The notes beneath the pieces were generated by a model that saw only the letters and a program-made list of their open reading frames with translations, did no database searches and was not told the origin of the DNA. The position numbers and the translations under genes were made by a program. Positions 9,401-18,702 of a DNA stretch of 51,683 nucleotides are shown here, piece after piece. Location of the stretch: IMG/VR virus record IMGVR_UViG_3300047552_000616, positions 1 through 51,683 of that record; one strand, written 5' to 3'. Numbering within the stretch: the first letter of the stretch is position 1; every line of letters starts with the position of its first letter. This DNA is from a virus. Lineage: Duplodnaviria > Caudoviricetes.

Positions 9401-11665
9401 GAATTTAAGCCTGCTGTCCAGGACTCCGTTAACTCCAAACTTATCGAGGCAGATATCGCGGGTGCTGAGCAGGGGTATACACCTGAAGAACAGCAGCTAG
9501 TTAGTAGCTTAAGACAGGAGCTAGTAGGTATCCACGACTTACAACGAAAGTTGGACTACAAGATTGGTGGCATACGTAATCCCAAAGATAACCCGACATA
9601 TTGGCCCAGTGTATTGAGCAAGGAATCTCTAGATATCCTCACGAATCGCCCCCTTAGCCAAGAGGCCAAAGACATTAAGAATACCATCGCGGACTACTAT
9701 GTCCAAGCTTCCGGAGGTAAAATCCAGAAACCTGAAGCCTTAGATATCTTCCAAGAATACTTGAATGCTCTTCAGGGGATTCGTCGCGCCGGGATTGATC
9801 GGATTAAATTTGGTGCATTAAACAAAGCAGAAGGTTTAGGCCTACCTGCTAGTGTTCGTGAGAAGTCCTTGCTAGAGACTATAAGACGATATGGCCAACG
9901 AGCGGCTCGCGATATGGCCTTCTTCCAGTATCTCCAATCTAATCCCGCAATCCGAAAGATATTAAATATAGATGATCTTGAAGGCAAACGATTCGGGCCA
10001 AGTGAAGAGGTTAAGATACCGGGAACTGAAGAGAATGCTGAGACCCTGATATCTGACGATAGGGTTAAGCGAGCATTGCAGTATGTATATGAGCCAGGTG
10101 GTAATATCCTAGAAGTTCCGCCATGGCTTAGGCAGACAATGCGTATCGTAAGTAACTCGATATTTGGCGCGGGAACGGGGGTTAGGGATACTATATCTTC
10201 TGTTGCCCAGATGATGCCATATATTAGGATGCAGGATTATGGGACATACTTCAATGCTCTAGGTAAGGTGGCTGGGAATTATGGTAAACTTAAGCAAACA
10301 GTAGAGAATCTCGGGCTATTGCGCAAAGACCAGCAATCTATGTATTTCGGTGAAGATGAGTTCATGAAACTCACTGACCGATATGCTAGAAATGCCTCCA
10401 AGTTGGCAGATACACTCTACAAATATTCAGGTCGCCAGAAGCTAGAGGAATTCAACCGGATATATACCTATGCCATCGGGGAAGATCTAGCTATCAAGAA
10501 TTTCCTCCGAGCTAAATCCGGAGATAAGCAAGCACAAAAGATGCTCCAGGAATTTGGGGATATTGTCGAGGGTGGCGTCGAGCAATATTGGACCGAGCCA
10601 GGGAAAGATATCCCGGAAGATGCTATCCAGAAGGTAGCGACTAGATTCACTGATAGAGTTCAGCAGGAATACAATCCCAACGATCTTCCCGCTTGGGCTA
10701 TCAGTGGTCCCATTGCACCATACTTTACCGTCGCGCGCTGGAGTATTGGTAAGGCCAATAATATCTACCGGGATGTATTTGTGCCCGCGAAGAATGGGGA
10801 TTTTGCTCCACTGCTAGCCTATACGCTTGGTAGCTTTATGACTGGCGCGGCAATCCAACAGATCAATAAGTTCCTAAATGCCAAGAAAGATTACAATCCA
10901 ACTGTAGTTGAAGCTTTCAGTGAACAGGGAACAGATATTCAGGAGCAGGTAAATAGTATCCTGAACTTAGCATCCCTCGGCTCCTATGCTGGAATCACTT
11001 CAGATATGGCCAAGATGTTAGGTGATGCAATGTCCGGACGTATGCCTAGGGGATACAATATCCCAGTGATTAATACGTTAACGGATACCATTATGGGTAA
11101 TCTTATCAACGCTAAACAAGCGATAGAAGAGGGCGCACCGCCAGTAGAGACTATGCTATCGTTCGTTGAGGATGTATTGGTTAACACTGTGCAGGATGTG
11201 AGGATGGTAGCTAACAGAACATGGAAGGCTGAAGAAGTAGAGAAGAAGGAGAAGTTTAGAGACTTAGCTACCTACGAGAAGATCACGGGAAGGAATACTC
11301 CGGAATTGCGTCCGAGTATGCCTAACCGTTATTTGCGCCCAGAAGAGCGGGCGTTTAAAGAAGAGAAGAATCCCCAGGTTGCAGGTCAAATGGCTGGGGA
11401 TTTGGTGAGGAAACTTGTGGCTGAAGCTACTGATAAAGCTACGGGTAGAGTTGATGTGGAGAAATTACAGTCTGGTTTAAGTCGGGTTAAGCGAATGAAT
11501 TACCAGACATTCCCTGCGCCCGAAACAAATCCACAGAAATTCATGGGATATAAACGCTTCCTTGAAGAGACACAAGGGCCGGGGGAAGCACAAGGCCGGA
11601 TGACTGACTTCCTAAAGACACGGGAAATCAATAGGGCTAAGAGTTTGATGATACCAAATCTTTAG
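6455..11665 (+). CDS. Large internal virion / polyvalent ejection protein with zincin HExxH motif
   Basis: 1736 aa; Gly/Ala-rich hydrophobic N-terminus, coiled coils, IAIHEANH, three GxTR(Y/L)AP repeats; last late gene. Confidence 0.7.
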   Translation: MPVFLQPEEKANLLRAKGYDPAQYDVNEFGIISQKPQQTVINQQPPSGFSPTVNPPTTDKVSRTQALVSGAGSSAGSTVGGLGLPALAMGLGVFSGVGTVPSLLGLTALGIGGSYLGGKAQQGIESAVLPQPAFESLQQSRAVAQAEHPYAFGAGAVLPSGFALRPSVSMLRDAGKALVGARPIGSLAMRDLPLIQQQALANTAIGGALGAGIPTAQSLIQRGELPPLSELIPSTAAGLLLNTPTKLVGQKILRFPAPANREIDSVTAAKYQKRVDYFKGMGLGDEEAAALALKEAELLRAKESADLETKKYGDEYRRLQEGQTEAERFAQEQQERELVTFREQLRERQKLARIPVEDQPTQGPAFTAKDSEGNYIWDKKSFGQAVKKAVATGRFPESLLKKYRIESGDPRSVDTSIKLNESQLREFMDKEFNPAIGEAMGIEQDILKQQKAAADVERQQADVKKARVDAANLLKQQAAYNERYRLYTELKKNNVPEEKIKDFAGPDYRDFSSKWNRERVSATVKAAPGLDTAGREGELASGLEGGLDVRDIQQQIAEEVKPKIEPFKPTEPAAPTYPKPAEDIDLRQLQATMKRNQLGEPPAEGTTRYAPDEESTPTSPKLPSPPEEPSPEALKIAGRAGLTDIVGREELTGDKGEPVFGKWQPKKPQEAEVSQQAPDPDSIAIHEANHRLRMNDYAGMTKTGKALWERGEALGNDAAKALGISPEELLVRAITPRTKELARMRLSRERGNQLKTWWRDFMSNVRYTLGKDTADDIANILSRRQLDQINYWESPLAGKDILTMVKGIPGYGQGDTRLAPEKDKFGYVDMDIPAAKAIAEKVGLRWDGEQGWYGENDQVEGIWGFTDTNPKSPAYKATFYTKAGASEGEVRAKFEEKVGQFKSGGEGETRYAPATDTGESPASAKLPSRPDPFHHLLMPVNEKVKLIGGSSAGLLSKQLKAFEGGSKYYRGQFVSKLQNISEEFKPAVQDSVNSKLIEADIAGAEQGYTPEEQQLVSSLRQELVGIHDLQRKLDYKIGGIRNPKDNPTYWPSVLSKESLDILTNRPLSQEAKDIKNTIADYYVQASGGKIQKPEALDIFQEYLNALQGIRRAGIDRIKFGALNKAEGLGLPASVREKSLLETIRRYGQRAARDMAFFQYLQSNPAIRKILNIDDLEGKRFGPSEEVKIPGTEENAETLISDDRVKRALQYVYEPGGNILEVPPWLRQTMRIVSNSIFGAGTGVRDTISSVAQMMPYIRMQDYGTYFNALGKVAGNYGKLKQTVENLGLLRKDQQSMYFGEDEFMKLTDRYARNASKLADTLYKYSGRQKLEEFNRIYTYAIGEDLAIKNFLRAKSGDKQAQKMLQEFGDIVEGGVEQYWTEPGKDIPEDAIQKVATRFTDRVQQEYNPNDLPAWAISGPIAPYFTVARWSIGKANNIYRDVFVPAKNGDFAPLLAYTLGSFMTGAAIQQINKFLNAKKDYNPTVVEAFSEQGTDIQEQVNSILNLASLGSYAGITSDMAKMLGDAMSGRMPRGYNIPVINTLTDTIMGNLINAKQAIEEGAPPVETMLSFVEDVLVNTVQDVRMVANRTWKAEEVEKKEKFRDLATYEKITGRNTPELRPSMPNRYLRPEERAFKEEKNPQVAGQMAGDLVRKLVAEATDKATGRVDVEKLQSGLSRVKRMNYQTFPAPETNPQKFMGYKRFLEETQGPGEAQGRMTDFLKTREINRAKSLMIPNL

Positions 11666-11846
11666 GCCTCACCGGATTCTTACAATATTCTTTAATGAAA
11701 GTTTCTGTTTCTAGCTTTCCCCATCGCGCCTCTGCCCATCGAATCATCTTACGTATTGGATCGTCAGATAATCCCAATACTTGATTTCTGTGCATTCCAT
11801 GATGCCAAGCTACTGCGAATATATGTTGTAATTTACTAGTATTCAT
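11637..11846 (-). CDS. Hypothetical protein
   Basis: 69 aa; ATGA overlap with the upstream helicase gene. Confidence 0.6.
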   Translation of the reverse strand: MNTSKLQHIFAVAWHHGMHRNQVLGLSDDPIRKMIRWAEARWGKLETETFIKEYCKNPVRPKDLVSSNS

Positions 11847-13318
11847 AGCAATCCAAGCTCTTTAGCCTTCTCTCTCAATGCTTGCATTTGATTACCAACT
11901 GCAAGCATTTTTTCATTTCTAATTTGCATCTCCAAAACATCCCGGTCCGAAGCTCGGGGTGCATTAAGCGGGACATACACTACCTTAGGTTTATTGTTAA
12001 TTAATGTTGTTGTATCTTTCTCCACACCGATCTTACCTACTGTTTGGAGATATCTGACTACATCTAGAAGTTCGTTTTCCTTCATGGGAAACTTAGCCCA
12101 TATGTCCCGGAAAGATTGTCGCGGATGGGAGAATAGCCATCGCTCAACTTCGCCGCAAATTGTGGAGAATTCATTTGAGCCAACTAAGCTCAGAGCTTTT
12201 GACATCTTAGGTTCGATAGCTTCTAGTTGGGCTAACACTTTCTTAACCGTGGGCAATCTTATCACGAAATCTGTAGTTTGATCTGCAAAGTGATGCGCCA
12301 TGGCTAGCTTCTGTGTGGTTATGTTCTTGCGAGCATAGTAGGAATCTAGCTTAGGATCTGTATTGATTCGTTCATTGGGTAAGATCTTAGTGAAATATGT
12401 ATGGAGGAATTCATCTGCTTCCGGGTCAAAACTAACCTGGCCGAAAGCCTTACTTAGTGCTAATAGGTGATCCAATATATGTTTCTTACACTCTAGTTGT
12501 TCATCATTGAAGTCCGGGATTCTGAAAGCATACCGTCGCGGGACTTCCTCGTAGATAATCACCGTCCTACCAAAGAATCCTTCATGAAGTAATCCTTTGG
12601 CCTTACCTTCCATTAAGAAATCACTGACAGTTCCAGCTATTAAACTAGTGCATGTATTTTTCAGCAGGTCATTACCCTGTGTTTTAGTCCGATATTCAAA
12701 TGGACCACAATCATATGTGGTTAGCAGATATCGGACTACCTGTTCAGCTTCGCGACGAAATAGCGTGGACATTTCGGGAAGGATAAAGCATATGCTATTA
12801 TGCATATATCTACCCTTTGGAGCTAATACTCTAGTGGGTTTTTGATCAACTAGATACCGGGGATTAGATCCATTAAAACGAACCAAATCTTCAAAGCTAG
12901 TAGCATCAGCACCAACAGGGAACACAAGAGAATCCTCGATTTGTCGCGGACCACGCTGACCATTCCTTAAGTTCTGCATTGCAGCCATACCATCTAGCAT
13001 CCCGGCCAATGCTGCTTGAAAGTCATCGGGACTTATTCCCTGAGTTTGGGCTTTAGCTTCCTCTTTGGCTGGTAGCTTTCGTTTTACTATATGATGACTG
13101 AGGAAACTCCTAACAGGCCCAAGGACTAGTCCCTTGCCTACTCCTGGTGGCCCAACAAGCATCACATACATATTGGCGAAAAGTGGCATCTCTTCACCAC
13201 CACACCAAACTCTTCGTTGAAGCGCAGCCGCGATAAGGAAATAAAACCCGAAGTCAATAAAATGATCCGGTGATGTTATGTCCTTAAGGTAGTATCTCCA
13301 GCGATCTAGGTTGGTCAT
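11843..13318 (-). CDS. AAA+ replication ATPase/helicase (DUF3987-like)
   Basis: Walker A GPPGVGKG, Walker B-like FILPEMS, GFFGR, C-terminal winged-helix-like region; follows polymerase. Confidence 0.7.
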   Translation of the reverse strand: MTNLDRWRYYLKDITSPDHFIDFGFYFLIAAALQRRVWCGGEEMPLFANMYVMLVGPPGVGKGLVLGPVRSFLSHHIVKRKLPAKEEAKAQTQGISPDDFQAALAGMLDGMAAMQNLRNGQRGPRQIEDSLVFPVGADATSFEDLVRFNGSNPRYLVDQKPTRVLAPKGRYMHNSICFILPEMSTLFRREAEQVVRYLLTTYDCGPFEYRTKTQGNDLLKNTCTSLIAGTVSDFLMEGKAKGLLHEGFFGRTVIIYEEVPRRYAFRIPDFNDEQLECKKHILDHLLALSKAFGQVSFDPEADEFLHTYFTKILPNERINTDPKLDSYYARKNITTQKLAMAHHFADQTTDFVIRLPTVKKVLAQLEAIEPKMSKALSLVGSNEFSTICGEVERWLFSHPRQSFRDIWAKFPMKENELLDVVRYLQTVGKIGVEKDTTTLINNKPKVVYVPLNAPRASDRDVLEMQIRNEKMLAVGNQMQALREKAKELGLL

Positions 13319-13319
13319 A

Positions 13320-13811
13320 TTAAGGCTGCCTTCCCAATAGTAAATATTCTTCGGGAACGAGTAATACTCCTTCCATCCATGGCAATACTACAAGAAGCAT
13401 TCCAAGTAATATATTAGGAGTATGGATATTATATTGTTCTAGCTGTTTAATTACGAGTGGTTGATATATCATTAAATTAGAACCCATTAAAGCATTAAAA
13501 TGTTCTATTCCCATTAAGATAGTAAATTTTCTAGAGGTACAAAAATTATACTCACGATGAAGATGAGAGGAAAGCTTTATAATTTCAGTATAAAGTTTTT
13601 CTTTATCTATTGTAACAGTTTCCGTGATAGTAAGTTCTTCTTGCTTCTTCTTTACCCATCCGATTTGCTGCAAGAATTTAATATATGAGTTAGCTCTCTT
13701 GCGAATAGTTTTCTTAACCGGCCTAAGTCGCTTAAGAATAAATTCTTCTTTTGAGTCTATCCACTTAGAAATTCTTTTACGATTATTTACAATAAATTTT
13801 TGGTATCTCAT
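13320..13811 (-). CDS. Hypothetical AT-rich basic protein
   Basis: 163 aa; coupled to the pol C-fragment stop; visibly AT-rich. Confidence 0.6.
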   Translation of the reverse strand: MRYQKFIVNNRKRISKWIDSKEEFILKRLRPVKKTIRKRANSYIKFLQQIGWVKKKQEELTITETVTIDKEKLYTEIIKLSSHLHREYNFCTSRKFTILMGIEHFNALMGSNLMIYQPLVIKQLEQYNIHTPNILLGMLLVVLPWMEGVLLVPEEYLLLGRQP

Positions 13812-14836
13812 ATTTCCTTCATCCCTTCCGGATTTACTTTTTCATCGTAGTCATCCCAATTATATCCTGCACATACCTCAACCTTCATCTTAAATTCTTC
13901 TCCCTGCTCATTCTTTAAATCCTGCTCTAACATTGTTCTTAATGTGTTAGCCATTTCTTCAACGTCTGCTGTATTGTCTGGCACCTGCGTTAATATCGAA
14001 TCATGTTCATTGTTCAATATGTGCCAAATACTAGCTCGCATCGTAGTCTCAATATACTGCTGCAATCCATAGAATGCTATATTCGTTATTGTCCCTACAG
14101 TAGATTGAGGTATCCATGCTGTCATATCTCGCATGGCCTTTTCTGTTATGGGGCCATAGTAGTAGCATGGATGCCCGAAAAGATTTCTAAAAGCTAGCTT
14201 ATGTTTTAGCTTGTAGTCTATCGAATTAGCGTGCCACTCCCTTATTTCGGGAAAGAGCGAATGATATCCATCTAGAAAGGCATCAGCTTCTTTCCGGGAA
14301 ATGACCACCTTCCCTTCGGACTCTCGTAAGATGTCCTGCTGAAAAGTAGGTCCACGCATACGGTAATTTGCTGATAGCCCAGTCTTTTTGCCGATGAAAT
14401 ATCTGATCGGACTTGCTTTAATAGCTTTTTCCAATCCGGCCCATGCGTGAAATTGTTTGATTTCTCTGACAGGCAATGATAAGATTGTGTCGATGTGATG
14501 ATGACCTTCTTCTTTCCAATAGTTCCTGAAGATTTTTGCTGTGACATAAGTATGTAGTTTAATTTTGTTAAGAAATAACTGACGTAAATTACCGTCCCGA
14601 CATAACCAAGCAACAATTAAGGCTTCTGCTCCCGCTTGATCTGCTTTGACAAATTTATACCCCTGATCGGGAATGACTAATCGCTTCTCTTCTTGCGATA
14701 AGTTCTGGCAATTCCGTCCCCATATACCAAGGAGCTTGGAAGATCGGTTACGGAAGCTATTAGCTAGTCCGACTTTCCATGCTCCAGTGAGGCGGGATGG
14801 TGATAGGTTAGGGAGCATTGGAATAATCCCATTCAA
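13808..14836 (-). CDS. polA: DNA polymerase family A, polymerase (palm/fingers) fragment; likely ATG at 14818
   Basis: RSSK..GRNCQN, motif A DQAGAEALIVA, motif B KKTGLSANY, PQST, motif C NEHDS. Confidence 0.9.
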   Translation of the reverse strand: MNGIIPMLPNLSPSRLTGAWKVGLANSFRNRSSKLLGIWGRNCQNLSQEEKRLVIPDQGYKFVKADQAGAEALIVAWLCRDGNLRQLFLNKIKLHTYVTAKIFRNYWKEEGHHHIDTILSLPVREIKQFHAWAGLEKAIKASPIRYFIGKKTGLSANYRMRGPTFQQDILRESEGKVVISRKEADAFLDGYHSLFPEIREWHANSIDYKLKHKLAFRNLFGHPCYYYGPITEKAMRDMTAWIPQSTVGTITNIAFYGLQQYIETTMRASIWHILNNEHDSILTQVPDNTADVEEMANTLRTMLEQDLKNEQGEEFKMKVEVCAGYNWDDYDEKVNPEGMKEI

Positions 14837-15224
14837 AAGGATACCTAGATTTCAATGTCTCATACAACTCCATCAATACAGCATATAGTCTTGGGGCATT
14901 ATTCTTCATCATACTTCCATCTTCCCATTCACCTGTTCCGGGAATAAGGACATGATAACGGGGTTCGGGATATGCTGAAGCTATCTTTGTGAATTCATCT
15001 ATAATAATACCCTCATATGTCCGGAGTTCCATATCCCAAAAGAAATCCTGTTGCTTATTGCATGGTGCTCTCTTGGTTGTTATGGGAAAGCAATTGGGAT
15101 ACTTATTCCATGTGCATCGCCAATGATCTTCTCCTGCTCGCTTTAAGTTATCACCATATATGAAGCTTATTTCAGGATGCTCCATTACATACAGTGGAGT
15201 TATTTTATAGGGTATCTTAGTCAT
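14808..15224 (-). CDS. Conserved phage protein (DUF7831 / macro-like family) between polA fragments
   Basis: FIYGDNLKRAG...PNCFPITTKRAP...PGTG pattern. Confidence 0.5.
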   Translation of the reverse strand: MTKIPYKITPLYVMEHPEISFIYGDNLKRAGEDHWRCTWNKYPNCFPITTKRAPCNKQQDFFWDMELRTYEGIIIDEFTKIASAYPEPRYHVLIPGTGEWEDGSMMKNNAPRLYAVLMELYETLKSRYPFEWDYSNAP

Positions 15225-15556
15225 AGAACCTCAGTCAAGATTCGCCATGATTTTAGTGTGTTATTATCAAACACAAGTTCAACTGGAGTATCTTTAAGCT
15301 CCTCCACTGAATTCACTTTTGCTTCATCAAGAAACTTTGAGATTAGTCTAACCAATTCATCATGGAATTTACTCCGCTCTTTTTCTGTCCATACAGCATG
15401 CTTAGATTTCTTTATCTTAGTTGGGTCCCATGTAGTGAATCTCCAACCAACACCTCCAAAGGGACCGCCAAATTCAACATGAAGTCCAAGTCTTCCCTCG
15501 CATACACCAAACTTAATGCTTGTGATTTTTCCTAGTTTAATGTCGTTGTCATTCAT
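15221..15556 (-). CDS. Hypothetical protein between polA fragments
   Basis: ATG at 15556 overlaps the stop of the pol N-fragment (ATGAATGA); 111 aa. Confidence 0.65.
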   Translation of the reverse strand: MNDNDIKLGKITSIKFGVCEGRLGLHVEFGGPFGGVGWRFTTWDPTKIKKSKHAVWTEKERSKFHDELVRLISKFLDEAKVNSVEELKDTPVELVFDNNTLKSWRILTEVL

Positions 15557-17111
15557 AACAATTCCATCTAATAAACTGTAATCCACTTGTTTGTTTTTGT
15601 ATCCGCCTAAATTCAATGGTGAGATCCAATATGGGATTGAATGCTTCCTTACTCTTCAACCATAGCTTCATCTTATATAGCTGACTTTTACCAAGGCTAG
15701 CCCGATGTGTTTTCTCGCTTCGGGCCATTACCTTATATCCCATCAGTTCATGGAAGTAATGAATGCATTGCTTATTGCTGGATGGTAGTAGCTCAAAGCC
15801 AGCTAGGATCTTAATCATCCGCATTATCTGCATCATTTTTCTGTCGTTCTCTTGGATCTTAGCTGTGGCCTTATCTTCATCAAAACAGATGCCCATTAAA
15901 CTATTCACTAGATAAGCATATAGTGCATTGTTAGTGCATTCTATGCTGGACTTCAACCCAGCATCCTTACTCGCCAGTCCATCCAGCCCTTCCTTTACCA
16001 ACATCATCCCATAGATATCCTTGCCATTATATTCCCACAGCTTACGCTCATCCCCGGCATTATGTGGTGCAAAGATACCCTCATCTTTATGGTAAGGTAA
16101 CCATGTTAAGTGACTCATTGCATGGCCAAGAGATTTCTCCACACCAACAAATGCCTTATGGTGGGATATCATCGTATCATATATCTTTCGGCCAAAAGGA
16201 ATCTTGTAGTAGTGTGCCAAGATAAATAAATCAAACATACTATTGTGCACCACTACTTCGTTATCCCTCATTCCCGCAGCCAATGCTCTAACCAAAAGTA
16301 TAGTCCTTTCGCCATAAGCCAGAGAACCATCATAGCGAAATATAGGCACAACAAACACAGAAGGAAATCCAAAGCTGAATCCGATACACCGAAGATTCGG
16401 CCTCTCTTCCATATCCGTTTCGATATCCAAGTATAGTGTTTTGTTTTTCGTGGTAATGAGCGTTTCATAAGCTTCCTCAAATGTGGGATAGATAACATAT
16501 TGAGGTGTGGGATGACATGGAACTTTACCGTTAAAGTTTAGTAGGATATCCTTAACCCGTCGCGTGTCTGTGGTCAGCCAAAAGCGATAATTAGATCGGC
16601 GGGTTTTACCATGATCTTTGATGGACTCATCTTCGGCATCAGCATCCTCTTCTCCATCTTCATTGTATCGTGGTGTAAGTTCACCGTCCGGGATAGCTTC
16701 GGCGGGATTTAGGTAGGGATTCTTATCCTTCTCCCAGTCCTGCATATCGAATGCATCCACGGGTAAGTAGCTTGCAATCGCCGGGATATCTGGATATTCC
16801 TTTAGCGATAACGGAGTGCCACGATGTTGATTGAGACTTAGCGCGGGATCGACTAGAGCTTTAAGGGCATCCGCACCAAGGATGAGGATAGATTTAGTGC
16901 CATCACGGAGTCTCTTGCCTCCGGCCCGATATGCCTCCAAATCCATCACGTCACATTGGAGGTTATTTATTTCGGGACGGAGGCAGTCTTCCCTAAACCA
17001 CAATCCTGCATTGCCAGCTAGGAGTTGCTTGGCTTGCATATCAAATCGCGATGGATTCGATAGGATTATTGTTAATCCTTTGTAGGAGAATTTAGGGGGA
17101 TGGTGGAACAT
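15549..17111 (-). CDS. polA: DNA polymerase A N-terminal fragment: UDG-like domain, 3'-5' exonuclease and thumb
   Basis: UDG-like (NPSRFD..LAGNAG..ILILG..RGT..YLP); ExoI LDIET, ExoII HNSMFD, ExoIII YNGKD; GICFD, SSNKQ, IEFRRIQK. Confidence 0.85.
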   Translation of the reverse strand: MFHHPPKFSYKGLTIILSNPSRFDMQAKQLLAGNAGLWFREDCLRPEINNLQCDVMDLEAYRAGGKRLRDGTKSILILGADALKALVDPALSLNQHRGTPLSLKEYPDIPAIASYLPVDAFDMQDWEKDKNPYLNPAEAIPDGELTPRYNEDGEEDADAEDESIKDHGKTRRSNYRFWLTTDTRRVKDILLNFNGKVPCHPTPQYVIYPTFEEAYETLITTKNKTLYLDIETDMEERPNLRCIGFSFGFPSVFVVPIFRYDGSLAYGERTILLVRALAAGMRDNEVVVHNSMFDLFILAHYYKIPFGRKIYDTMISHHKAFVGVEKSLGHAMSHLTWLPYHKDEGIFAPHNAGDERKLWEYNGKDIYGMMLVKEGLDGLASKDAGLKSSIECTNNALYAYLVNSLMGICFDEDKATAKIQENDRKMMQIMRMIKILAGFELLPSSNKQCIHYFHELMGYKVMARSEKTHRASLGKSQLYKMKLWLKSKEAFNPILDLTIEFRRIQKQTSGLQFIRWNCYE

Positions 17112-17117
17112 GCTGTG

Positions 17118-17153
17118 TAAATTAAAAGTCCCGATATTATATCCGTCGGGACC
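17118..17153 (-). terminator. Intrinsic terminator after SSB gene
   Basis: Minus strand GTCCCGA-CGGATATAATA-TCGGGAC followed by TTTTAATTT. Confidence 0.65.
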
Positions 17154-17176
17154 AGCGGAGGGTGGTAGTCTAGAGC

Positions 17177-17716
17177 TTAGAACTTATCGCTAGCTCCCTG
17201 CTGCGCAACAACAGTGCTAATCCCGAGGATACCATTCAACCCAATATTAACCCGATATCCACGGATAACATTATTGCCCTGAGCATCCTTAATGATATCC
17301 CCTACTTGTTGCCCCGGCTTAGGCGCGAGCCTCGCATAGTTTGGCTCGGCATTAACGATGGCATCCAAGAGCATACCATCGAGCCAATTCAAGTCCGGCG
17401 GATTCTCGGGATCAATATCATCAATCTCCGGATGTCCACAAGCCTCAAAGAAGTTGAACACATTATCCATGTTCTTCTCTGAGTATGTCAAGTAAACAGT
17501 TCCCTTAACTCCAGCAATGTTATACTTGACACCATCCACTTCGATGATATCCAGCCCGTTACCATCGCACACCAATTCCACAGGCAAGGTATGCTGTGGA
17601 TTGCCACTTCCCTTGGACTCACCAAAGGAAGGCTTACCACATCGGATGACATACCGATTTTGTGGGATGGGACAACTAGCACCAGACTTAACTACTTCGG
17701 ATTTTTTATATGACAT
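17177..17716 (-). CDS. Single-stranded DNA-binding protein (DUF669-like)
   Basis: PIPQNRYVIR...ESKGSGNP pattern; follows Sak4-like ATPase; ends DKF. Confidence 0.55.
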   Translation of the reverse strand: MSYKKSEVVKSGASCPIPQNRYVIRCGKPSFGESKGSGNPQHTLPVELVCDGNGLDIIEVDGVKYNIAGVKGTVYLTYSEKNMDNVFNFFEACGHPEIDDIDPENPPDLNWLDGMLLDAIVNAEPNYARLAPKPGQQVGDIIKDAQGNNVIRGYRVNIGLNGILGISTVVAQQGASDKF

Positions 17717-17802
17717 ATGTTTTATGTTTATGTTTTGTTATGTTGTTGTTACTTTACTTCTACATTAACCATACATACACATATATAGTTAATGTAAATT
17801 CT

Positions 17803-18702
17803 TTAAATCCTATATTTCAAGAAGCTACCATATTCAGCAGGCACATACTTAGCACCGTCCGCTTTAGTCAACGTGCTTGTTGCAGAGAATTCATCATCAG
17901 AAGTTATCTGCCAGAAATACTCTACATCTTTCGATAAACTGTAGCTCCTATTCCCTGGCACATGAAGCTTGACTTCCTCTCCCTTCCTATTATATCGTGG
18001 CACAGCTATCTGCCTGAAGAAGTCCGTGAAGTGAGAAGCTATCTGCGTAGTAAACTTACCCTGCATCAGGGGCTGGATCTTTTCTAATAGCATCCCGGAC
18101 TTAGGGTCACGTTGGGGCATCTCATGAAATGTACAGATAACATGACAGTTCAGGGATTTCAGTAAACTACAAACATCCGCTGACCAATCAATCTTAGCCA
18201 TCCAGAATGCGAACTCATTCACCTTACCATCCCGGCCTACTTCTGGTTCAATTTCTGTCTGTTGATCAAAGGCTGCTTGAAGTGAGGTCCATGAATCGAG
18301 GATTAATGTTTGGTCATTTTCTAATTTCTGTCCTTCAGTGCTTAACCACCAAGTTAATGCATCCCTTCGATTAGGTGGCAACTTCGGGTCAGGTTTACCA
18401 ACTCCACCCCGCGTTGTCTTGCCAATATATCCATTGGAAAATGGAGCATTGTTTATCTTCAGATCTTCATTGATAAATCGGGCACTCCAGAACGGGAGCA
18501 CTCTGACATCAGTTCGATCTTTGTGGACTCCGAGCTTATTGTCGAAGTCTGCTACTACGATAGGTCCGGGCCAGCCATTAAGGCTAGCATATGTTTTACC
18601 TTCACCGGGAGCACCCTGAATTCCCAGCCTAATTTGCTGGAAGGGTATTTCGGATATAGGTTTTGAGTGTGTAGGTAGGTAGGCCATATCAATTCTTTCC
18701 AC
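17803..18702 (-). CDS. AAA_24 / Sak4-like ATPase (likely start 18687)
   Basis: GAPGEGKT, DFD, LILDSWTS, VICTFHE, P.MQGK. Confidence 0.8.
   Translation of the reverse strand: MERIDMAYLPTHSKPISEIPFQQIRLGIQGAPGEGKTYASLNGWPGPIVVADFDNKLGVHKDRTDVRVLPFWSARFINEDLKINNAPFSNGYIGKTTRGGVGKPDPKLPPNRRDALTWWLSTEGQKLENDQTLILDSWTSLQAAFDQQTEIEPEVGRDGKVNEFAFWMAKIDWSADVCSLLKSLNCHVICTFHEMPQRDPKSGMLLEKIQPLMQGKFTTQIASHFTDFFRQIAVPRYNRKGEEVKLHVPGNRSYSLSKDVEYFWQITSDDEFSATSTLTKADGAKYVPAEYGSFLKYRI

Noticed and set aside
14808-15560. Intein, group I intron or ribosomal hop joining the polA halves (ATGGAATTGTT vs ATGGGATTATT near the junctions)
   Set aside because: No intein or homing-endonuclease motifs, the gap is fully coding, and the similar 11-mers join into the wrong frame
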